This document shows, in pieces, positions 18,031 through 24,479 of a stretch of 32,000 bases of DNA. The DNA comes from Breznakia sp. PF5-3 (GTDB lineage: Bacteria; Bacillota_I; Bacilli_A; Erysipelotrichales; Erysipelotrichaceae): NCBI RefSeq assembly GCF_029504745.1, contig NZ_JAQFIQ010000002.1:60001-92000 (forward strand), in the 5' to 3' direction. The position numbers and the translations under genes are program-made. The notes under the pieces were generated by a model. The model was not told where the DNA came from and searched no databases. It worked only from the letters and a program-made list of their open reading frames with translations. Numbering within the stretch: the stretch's first letter is position 1; each line of letters begins with the position of its first letter.

Positions 18031-18057
18031 AAATGTACCCTTAGTGGTACATTTTTT
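18031..18057 (+). terminator. Rho-independent terminator after pfp
   Basis: Stem aatgtacc/ggtacatt followed by tttttt. Confidence 0.75.
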
Positions 18058-18098
18058 ATCTCTAGGAAAAAAAGCAAAATTATATAATTAAGTATTGG

Positions 18099-18431
18099 GT
18101 GATAAGGTTGGATTTTGAACGTTTAGCATTTGAGAAAAAAGATGAACTTTTAAAACAAGTTGGAAAGATGTATCGGTATAGTGAATTAAGTTTGGAATTA
18201 AATAAAGGATTTTGTGTTAAAGAGGATAAAAATCTATATTCTTGTTTAGAGATTAAACATCGAATTGATATCGCTTTAAAACAACTATGTGATTATCAAG
18301 TACAAATCATTCGTAAGGAGTATATAGAAGATAATCGAAAGAATTGGTATTTGCAGTGGTATCACGATAAAGAGTTTAGAGTATGCAAAGAGCGAAGCAT
18401 GAATGCACTTTTACATGCACTATATGGATAG
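18099..18431 (+). CDS. Hypothetical small protein, possibly sigma-region-4-like / HTH
   Basis: A 110-aa ORF with a GTG start and no clear SD. TATAAT lies at 18083-18088. The C-terminal IIRKEYIEDNRKNWYLQWYHDKEFRVCKERSMNALLHAL resembles small HTH proteins of Mollicutes-related Firmicutes (from recollection only). A terminator follows. Confidence 0.45.
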   Translation: MIRLDFERLAFEKKDELLKQVGKMYRYSELSLELNKGFCVKEDKNLYSCLEIKHRIDIALKQLCDYQVQIIRKEYIEDNRKNWYLQWYHDKEFRVCKERSMNALLHALYG

Positions 18432-18435
18432 AAGT

Positions 18436-18485
18436 AGGAAATACTGCAAACGTTTTCATTTTTGTGTTTGCAATTTCCTTTTTTT
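18436..18485 (+). terminator. Rho-independent terminator
   Basis: Bulged stem aggaaatactgcaaac / gtttgcaatttcct followed by ttttttt. Confidence 0.65.
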
Positions 18486-18517
18486 GTGAATTTTATAACT
18501 TGTTCGTAATTTGTTCA

Positions 18518-18546
18518 TTGCCTACTGGGGGCAGGTTTGTTATAAT
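18518..18546 (+). promoter_or_regulatory. Candidate promoter for ptsI (TTGCCT-17-TATAAT, TG-extended -10)
   Basis: TTGCCT at 18518-18523, a 17-nt spacer ending in tgt, then TATAAT at 18541-18546. Confidence 0.5.
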
Positions 18547-18578
18547 TACTTATAGTAAATATATATGGAGGAACCAGT

Positions 18579-20285
18579 ATGTTAAAAGGTATAGCGGCTT
18601 CAAGTGGTGTAGCAATTGCTAAAGTATACAAACTTGAAATGCCAAAGATGGAAATTGAAAAGAAAGATGCAGATGCTGCTGTTGAAGTAGAACGTTTAAA
18701 CAAAGCTGTAGCAGCAACTGTAAAAGACATTGAGCAAATTAAAGAGAGAGCAGCGGCAAATCTTTCAGCAGAAGAACTAGCAGTATTTGATGCTCACTTG
18801 ATGGTAGCTCAAGATCCAGAATTTATTGGTGCTGTAGAAGGACAAATAAACTCTGAAAATTGTAATGCTGAATTTGCAGCTGAAAGTGTAGCAAATATGT
18901 ATGTTTCAATGTTTGAATCAATGGAAGATGCATATATGCGTGAAAGAGCTGCAGATATCAAAGATGTTACATTCCGTTTAAAAGCGAATTTATTAGGGGT
19001 AAAAATTCCAGATTTAACGGCAATCGATGAAGAAGTAGTAATCGTTGCATACGATTTAACACCTTCTGATACAGCACAATTAAATAAAAAATACACAAAA
19101 GGTTTTGCAACTGAAATAGGGGGAAGAACTTCACATTCTGCTATTATGGCGAGAAGTTTAGAAATTCCAGCAGTTGTAGGATGTAGTAGTATTTTGGAAA
19201 CTGCAAAAGATGGAGATGCAATTATTCTTGATGCAATCGAGGGAGATGTAATCTTGAATCCAGATGCAGAAACAGTAAAAACGTATGAAGCAAAACGTGT
19301 TGCTTTCGAAGAAGAAAAAGAAGCACTTAAAGTATTGTTAGATGCAGAATCAGTATCAACAGATGGTCATCATGTTGAGTTAGCTGGAAACATTGGTACA
19401 CCAAACGATGTAGAAGGAGTTCTTAACAATGGTGGCGAAGGTATTGGTTTATATCGTACAGAATTCTTATATATGAATTCTCAAGATTTCCCAACGGAAG
19501 AGGAACAGTTTATTGCATATAAAATGGTTCTTGAAGGTATGAAGGGAAAACGTGTGGTTGTAAGGACATTAGATATTGGTGGAGATAAAAAACTTCCATA
19601 TTTTGAGTTCCCAGAAGAGATGAATCCTTTCTTAGGATATCGTGCAATCCGTCTATGTTTAGATCGTACAGATATTTTTAAAACACAATTAAGAGCGTTA
19701 TGTCGTGCATCTGTTTATGGTAAATTATGTATTATGTTCCCAATGATTGCGACAGTGCAAGAATTCAAAGATGCAAAAGCAATTTTTGAAGGTGTGAAAG
19801 CTGATTTAAAAGCTGAAGGTGTTGATGTAGCAGACAACATTGAAGTAGGTATGATGGTTGAGATTCCAGCAGCAGCAGTATTGGCAGATCAATTTGCGAA
19901 AGTTGCAGATTTCTTCTCAATTGGAACAAATGACCTTATCCAATACAGTATGGCAGCAGACCGTATGAGTGAAAAAGTTTCTTACTTGTACCAACCATAC
20001 AATCCATCAATTTTACGTTTGATTAAAATGACAATTGACGGTGCTCATAAAGAAGGCAAATGGGCTGGAATGTGTGGAGAAATGGCTGGAGAACCAGATG
20101 CAGTTGCAATCCTTCTTGGATTGGGATTAGATGAGTTCTCAATGAGTGCAACATCAATTTTACGAGCACGTAAAGTTGTAACTTCACTAAGCAAGAAAGA
20201 AATGGAAGATGTAGCTAGCAAATGTTTGGAAATGGATTCTGCAGAAGACGTTCAAGCATATGTTAAAAGCGTTATTAATAAATAG
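18579..20285 (+). CDS. ptsI: Phosphoenolpyruvate-protein phosphotransferase (PTS Enzyme I)
   Basis: 568 aa. Motifs [17 protein letters not shown], phospho-His [29 protein letters not shown] and [11 protein letters not shown] is atggagga. Confidence 0.95.
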   Translation: MLKGIAASSGVAIAKVYKLEMPKMEIEKKDADAAVEVERLNKAVAATVKDIEQIKERAAANLSAEELAVFDAHLMVAQDPEFIGAVEGQINSENCNAEFAAESVANMYVSMFESMEDAYMRERAADIKDVTFRLKANLLGVKIPDLTAIDEEVVIVAYDLTPSDTAQLNKKYTKGFATEIGGRTSHSAIMARSLEIPAVVGCSSILETAKDGDAIILDAIEGDVILNPDAETVKTYEAKRVAFEEEKEALKVLLDAESVSTDGHHVELAGNIGTPNDVEGVLNNGGEGIGLYRTEFLYMNSQDFPTEEEQFIAYKMVLEGMKGKRVVVRTLDIGGDKKLPYFEFPEEMNPFLGYRAIRLCLDRTDIFKTQLRALCRASVYGKLCIMFPMIATVQEFKDAKAIFEGVKADLKAEGVDVADNIEVGMMVEIPAAAVLADQFAKVADFFSIGTNDLIQYSMAADRMSEKVSYLYQPYNPSILRLIKMTIDGAHKEGKWAGMCGEMAGEPDAVAILLGLGLDEFSMSATSILRARKVVTSLSKKEMEDVASKCLEMDSAEDVQAYVKSVINK

Positions 20286-20294
20286 TATATGATT

Positions 20295-20324
20295 AAAGGA
20301 GCTATATGAATGCTCCTTTTTTTT
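20295..20324 (+). terminator. Rho-independent terminator after ptsI
   Basis: Stem aaaggagc/gctccttt with a 9-nt loop, followed by a T-run. Confidence 0.8.
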
Positions 20325-20395
20325 AGTCAAAGGGTTGGTGATTGTTATCTCTTTATGCTATATTATGATTAACTTAAAGTTATGGAGGAAACAAG

Positions 20396-20575
20396 ATGGA
20401 AACAAAAGAAAAAGTATTAGAAGCAATGCGTGATGCAGGAAAGCCAATGAGTGCTGGAGAAGTTGAAAAAGCGACAGGAATTGATCGTAAAGAAATCGAT
20501 AAAGCATTCAAGGAATTAAAGAAAGAAGAAGCGATTGTATCTCCTGTACGTTGTAAATGGGAACCAGCAAAATAA
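20396..20575 (+). CDS. Small (59 aa) winged-helix DNA-binding-like protein, missing from the ORF track
   Basis: Manual translation gives [59 protein letters not shown]. The strong RBS ggagga lies 7 nt upstream. The antisense track ORF 20380..20580 is its shadow. Confidence 0.7.
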   Translation: METKEKVLEAMRDAGKPMSAGEVEKATGIDRKEIDKAFKELKKEEAIVSPVRCKWEPAK

Positions 20576-20641
20576 TTCATATAATACTAGGAAGAAGTCT
20601 TCTATTTAATAAAAGACTTTCTTTTTGTTTTTAAATTAAAT

Positions 20642-20670
20642 TTGACAAACAAATTCATTCTTGAAATAAT
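20642..20670 (+). promoter_or_regulatory. Candidate promoter of the LytTR two-component operon (TTGACA-17-AATAAT)
   Basis: TTGACA at 20642-20647 and AATAAT at 20665-20670. Confidence 0.4.
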
Positions 20671-20719
20671 TGATTTATAAAGAGGGGCATTATATCTAAT
20701 TCTAATACAGGGAGAGCTT

Positions 20720-21442
20720 ATGAATGTATGTATATTAGAAGATGCAAAAAAAGATATCATTGAATTACAAAAATGTCTGGAAAATTATGCACAAAGAAAT
20801 CAATTTCAATTACAAATTGATGTTTTTTATAATGCAAATAATTTAAGTGAAATATTAAATCGTAATTATGACTTAATATTTTTAGATATTTATTTGAATG
20901 AAGATAATGGAATAGAAGTGGCGAAAAAAATTCGCGAATATCAGGATGTTGCGATTGTTTTTTTGACGAGTAGCAAAGATTTCGCTTTGGAAGCTTTTCA
21001 GGTTCAAGCACTTCATTATATTTTAAAACCAATTGATGAAGCTCAAATAGAAGAAGTGTTTCAGCGTTATAGTGCTTATCCACACAAAGCTAAGGAGTTT
21101 ATCAAAGTTAAGGTTGGGCATTCTGACATTTCAATACCAGTAGATGATATTTTATATATTGAGAAAGATTTAAAAGCAGCATTAATTCACACAAATCAAG
21201 AATGTATTCGATCATATTCAACGTTAGAGATGTTATATGAACAACTTAATCATTCTTTGTTTACAAGACCACAAAGAAGTTTTATTGTAAATTATGGATA
21301 TATAAAAGAAATAAAAACCAATATAATTATTTTAAAAAACAAGGTAGAAATTTCAATGAGTCGAAAGATTCGCTCTGAAATTAAAAATGGTTATTATGAA
21401 TATAAGTTTAAAAAAGTGAGAAGTGATGGAAATGCTAATTAA
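20720..21442 (+). CDS. LytTR/AgrA-family response regulator (REC + LytTR DNA-binding domain)
   Basis: The REC domain has phospho-Asp context DLIFLDIYL. The C-terminal LytTR pattern is ILYIEKDLKAALIHTNQECIRSYSTLEMLYEQL...FTRPQRSFIVNYGYIKEI. RBS is acagggagag. Confidence 0.9.
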   Translation: MNVCILEDAKKDIIELQKCLENYAQRNQFQLQIDVFYNANNLSEILNRNYDLIFLDIYLNEDNGIEVAKKIREYQDVAIVFLTSSKDFALEAFQVQALHYILKPIDEAQIEEVFQRYSAYPHKAKEFIKVKVGHSDISIPVDDILYIEKDLKAALIHTNQECIRSYSTLEMLYEQLNHSLFTRPQRSFIVNYGYIKEIKTNIIILKNKVEISMSRKIRSEIKNGYYEYKFKKVRSDGNAN

Positions 21443-22772
21443 GTTTTTACGTTTGTTTCTTGGATACTTTATTCAAATAGTTCCATGTTTCTACTTGGTT
21501 TTTATTCCTTTTCGTTCCCGAAAAGAACTATCAAAAAAGGTTGTTATGCGTGCTTGCGTTATTTTGATGATAGGAGCAGTTTTATTTTCTGTTGGTGGGT
21601 TATTATCGTATTATGTTACAGGTAAAAATATCATTGTGAATTATTTATTCATTGCGATTGCCATAGTCGTTTTTATCTGCATTGAAGCACCAATTAAAGT
21701 GCCATTCTTTGAAAAGTTATTTATTGCGTTGCTGGTCTCACATTATGCAATTATTGTAAGTACAATTTCAAATTACGTATTATATGCGAATATTATGAAT
21801 TTACCAAATAGCTCTGATCGCTTTGCGAATGGGCTTGTCGATTTATGGATTATTTTAATTGTTACAGTGATTACATTACCATTTGTAAGCAAATTCATTA
21901 GTGTTATTGTGCGAAAAATACCATTGAAATTATCTGAAGAAACATGGAGAAAGCTTTGCTTTTTACCACTTACGTTAACCATTATTTCAATTTTATCATT
22001 TGCGATGACTAGAGCGATGGAATTTAATAAGTTTACTGTAGCAAGTTTTGCAATGATTTTTATTTGTATCTTATCTACTTATTACTTAACTTTTGTACTC
22101 TTACAACAATATCGAAAAAATGTAATATTAGAAATAGAGGCCGAGGTTATGGATGTACAATTACAATTGCACAATCAAGGATATAATCAATTGGTAGAAA
22201 AAATGGATCAGTTTAGAAAGGTAAAGCATGATTTTATTCATCATATGCGTGCTATTGATGCACTTGCTCAAGCGCAAGAGAGTGAAAAAATCAGAGAATA
22301 TATTGAAGGGTATTTAAATAATCAATATTTTTTAGAAAATATTAAATATTGTATGAATGCGGAAATAGATTTACTGATGCGTTATTATGCTGGTATGGCG
22401 AAAGCAGAGTCCATTCCAATAGATATTAAATTAGATATCCAAAGAGCAATTCATATTTCAGTAGCAGATATTAGTATTGTTTTGGGGAATTGTATAGAAA
22501 ATGCAATTCAAGCAAATAAAGATGTTGATGAGAGCAAACGAATGCTTCGTGTTCGCGGGAGCCAAGAAGAAGAAACTTTGGTTTTCACAATTGATAATGC
22601 ATATGCAGGTAGTGTTATTGAAAAAGAAGGAAAACTTATTTCTACTAAGCATCGACAAGATGCAATTGGCATTAGCAGTGTTCAAGCAATTCTAAAAAAG
22701 TATAATGGAATTTTAAAGTATTCCTATGATGATAAATATTTTTATATTTCTATATTTATTGGCAAAGAATAA
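21426..22772 (+). CDS. AgrC-like (HPK10-type) sensor histidine kinase with polytopic membrane sensor
   Basis: About 6 TM helices lie in the first 230 aa. The H-box is FRKVKHDFIHHMRAI and the N-box is LGNCIENAIQA, followed by a GHKL ATPase C-terminus. It overlaps the regulator stop. The start is ambiguous among GTG 21423, ATG 21426 and ATG 21432. Confidence 0.88.
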   Translation: MEMLIKFLRLFLGYFIQIVPCFYLVFIPFRSRKELSKKVVMRACVILMIGAVLFSVGGLLSYYVTGKNIIVNYLFIAIAIVVFICIEAPIKVPFFEKLFIALLVSHYAIIVSTISNYVLYANIMNLPNSSDRFANGLVDLWIILIVTVITLPFVSKFISVIVRKIPLKLSEETWRKLCFLPLTLTIISILSFAMTRAMEFNKFTVASFAMIFICILSTYYLTFVLLQQYRKNVILEIEAEVMDVQLQLHNQGYNQLVEKMDQFRKVKHDFIHHMRAIDALAQAQESEKIREYIEGYLNNQYFLENIKYCMNAEIDLLMRYYAGMAKAESIPIDIKLDIQRAIHISVADISIVLGNCIENAIQANKDVDESKRMLRVRGSQEEETLVFTIDNAYAGSVIEKEGKLISTKHRQDAIGISSVQAILKKYNGILKYSYDDKYFYISIFIGKE

Positions 22773-22799
22773 CCTCTATGTTTTAAACATAGAGGTTAT
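22769..22799. terminator. Bidirectional terminator (31-nt perfect palindrome) between convergent genes
   Basis: ataacctctatgttt-t-aaacatagaggttat overlaps both stop codons. Confidence 0.7.
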
Positions 22800-24226
22800 T
22801 TTACGTAGTATCTAGAAAGCCAATCTTTAGACAAGTTTATTAAATCTTGGTTTTTGGATATTTCAACTACTTCTTCAAAAGCAGCAGTTGATTCCCTAAA
22901 TTGATTTAAATTCATATAAGCAATTCCTTGATTATATCTTGAATAGTCTTTCTGTTCATTTAAGCTATAGGACTTTTTAAAATCTGCAATGGCCTTTTCG
23001 TATTTCTTTTGATTAAGGTAGATAGATCCACGATTGAAATATGCAGAGCCTTTGTGAATGTTTTTATCTATACATTTTCCATAATATTTTATAGCATTAT
23101 TACTATCTTTTAAACTGTTGTAGCAACTTGCCATTATAAAGTATATTTCTTTATCACTTCCACCTTCTTTTTCATATTGTTTCCAATAGGTAATGGTATT
23201 TTTTAAATCTTTGCGCATATAGGAAACATAACCAATTTGATATAAAGTATCTAAATCTTTTGGTTGTAATTTATGAAGGTTGGCTAAAGTAGTATATGCA
23301 TGATCATAGTTTTTTAGTTGCATATAGCAATTAGCTAACTTGGTAAGGACTTCTATATCATTTGCATCTGTATGTAGAAAGGCGTTGTAATCTGTGCTTG
23401 CTTCATTATATTTTTTTAGTTGAAAATAACAATCTCCACGTTTTAAATAAAGATCTGCTTTTTGTTGGATTGCTAATGCATTTGTATAAAAACCAATAGC
23501 AGTATTGAAATCATTTTGTTGATAAGCATAATCACCTTGTAATTCATCTAGTGAAGCTGCATTAGATGAATCATTTATTTTTTTCATATCTGCATTTGCA
23601 AGTGCTAATTCATTTAATTGTATATAACAAGATGCACGTTTTATAAGTAGGTTTTCATCATCTGGAGATTTAGCTAATAAATAACTTAAATCATCGACAG
23701 CTTTTTTGTAGTCTTCACACATCATATATAATTCAGCACGACTAAGTCGAGCATCTTTATTTTCTTCAAGTTCTAACAACGAAGATAGATAAGCGATAGC
23801 ACTTTCATAGTCTTCAAGTGTTATTTGTAAATTTGCAAGCTTGATTAATAAATTCTTATTTTCGGGATTATCTTTTAAAGCCCGTTGATATATGGATAAC
23901 GCCTTTTCATAATCTTCTAATGCAACTAGGATATCTCCTTTTAATTCAATATATGCAGTTTGTTTTTGATGACGTAAAGCGGTATCGATATAGTCTAAGG
24001 CTTTCGCAAAATTACCTTCTTCATATGCAGCAAGAGCTAAATCATAATATTTAGATCCTTGTTCTTGCTGTTCTCTTTGTTGTTTTTGATTCTCTTGAAT
24101 TACACCATAAGAAACGGTACTTCCCACGATAAAAAGAATCAAAATGATAATAGCGATAGCATTTCGTTTTTCTTTTTTTATAAATCTTTTTTTATTGTTT
24201 TTTTTAGTTTTTGTTTTTTGTTTCAT
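22796..24226 (-). CDS. Membrane-anchored tetratricopeptide (TPR) repeat protein
   Basis: A Lys-rich N-terminus is followed by one TM helix (AIAIIILILFIVGSTVSYGVI). About 400 aa then carry reiterated 34-residue TPR-like units (AxxYxxALxxxPxxxxxxxxLAxxYxxLxxY pattern). I prefer the ATG at 24226 (gaggg SD 8 nt upstream); the GTG at 24244 is an alternative. Confidence 0.85.
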   Translation of the reverse strand: MKQKTKTKKNNKKRFIKKEKRNAIAIIILILFIVGSTVSYGVIQENQKQQREQQEQGSKYYDLALAAYEEGNFAKALDYIDTALRHQKQTAYIELKGDILVALEDYEKALSIYQRALKDNPENKNLLIKLANLQITLEDYESAIAYLSSLLELEENKDARLSRAELYMMCEDYKKAVDDLSYLLAKSPDDENLLIKRASCYIQLNELALANADMKKINDSSNAASLDELQGDYAYQQNDFNTAIGFYTNALAIQQKADLYLKRGDCYFQLKKYNEASTDYNAFLHTDANDIEVLTKLANCYMQLKNYDHAYTTLANLHKLQPKDLDTLYQIGYVSYMRKDLKNTITYWKQYEKEGGSDKEIYFIMASCYNSLKDSNNAIKYYGKCIDKNIHKGSAYFNRGSIYLNQKKYEKAIADFKKSYSLNEQKDYSRYNQGIAYMNLNQFRESTAAFEEVVEISKNQDLINLSKDWLSRYYVK

Positions 24227-24297
24227 TTCTTTTGCCCTCAACACTTTATGTTATCTTTATTTTATCATCAAATGGAATGAAAAATTATTTTTCGGTA

Positions 24298-24327
24298 TAA
24301 AGTGTATCGAAAATGCCTTAAAGTGTA
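24298..24327 (+). promoter_or_regulatory. Perfect 9-bp direct repeat TAAAGTGTA-N12-TAAAGTGTA (candidate LytTR regulator site)
   Basis: The copies are at 24298-24306 and 24319-24327, separated by the 12-nt spacer tcgaaaatgcct. Centre-to-centre distance is 21 bp. The site directly abuts the -35 position of the TATAAT at 24351-24356. Confidence 0.5.
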
Positions 24328-24356
24328 AGAATTGAAAAAAGATATTACGGTATAAT
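24328..24356 (+). promoter_or_regulatory. Candidate activator-dependent promoter of the giant gene (poor -35 agaatt, 17 nt, TATAAT)
   Basis: TATAAT at 24351-24356 lies 40 nt upstream of the ATG. The hexamer at the -35 position (24328-24333) is a poor match to TTGACA. Confidence 0.45.
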
Positions 24357-24395
24357 TAAAGTAGGTATAAATATAAAAAAGAAAGGAGGCAGTTT

Positions 24396-24479
24396 ATGAA
24401 AAAAAGTGGCTTTTTGAAATTATTGATTTGTATAGCTGGTGTACTTATTTTTGGACTTGGTACAAGTGCAGTAAGTGCA
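24396..24479 (+). other. Sec-type signal peptide of the giant protein
   Basis: MKKSGFLK (basic n-region), LLICIAGVLIFGL (h-region), GTSAVSA|DE (AxA-like cleavage site). There is no lipobox. Confidence 0.8.

Noticed and set aside
18432-18578. Absence of ptsH (HPr) immediately upstream of ptsI
   Set aside because: ptsH-ptsI linkage is common but not universal. ptsI has its own promoter here, so this is not unusual enough to report.
18383-18730. Track ORFs 18383..18622 (+) and 18515..18730 (-)
   Set aside because: They span a terminator, the ptsI promoter and RBS, and the ptsI 5' end. They have no RBS, and better explanations exist for the region.
20380-20580. Minus-strand 66-aa ORF from the track
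   Set aside because: It has no RBS and its product is low-complexity. The opposite strand carries a 59-codon ORF with a strong RBS, a promoter and a terminator.
20576-20719. Search for an autoinducing-peptide gene or LytTR direct repeats upstream of the two-component operon
   Set aside because: Only 10-18-codon ORFs without an SD are present on either strand. There is no copy of TAAAGTGTA and no other 9-bp pair with 12-bp spacing.
24187-24219. Homopolymeric T7, T8 and T6 tracts (A-runs on the coding strand) at the 5' end of the TPR gene as possible phase-variation switches
   Set aside because: They encode the Lys-rich cytoplasmic N-terminus (KKNNKKRFIKKEK) using AAA codons, which is expected in an AT-rich genome. 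The tracts are at most 8 nt, so slippage-based switching is possible but not indicated by anything else.
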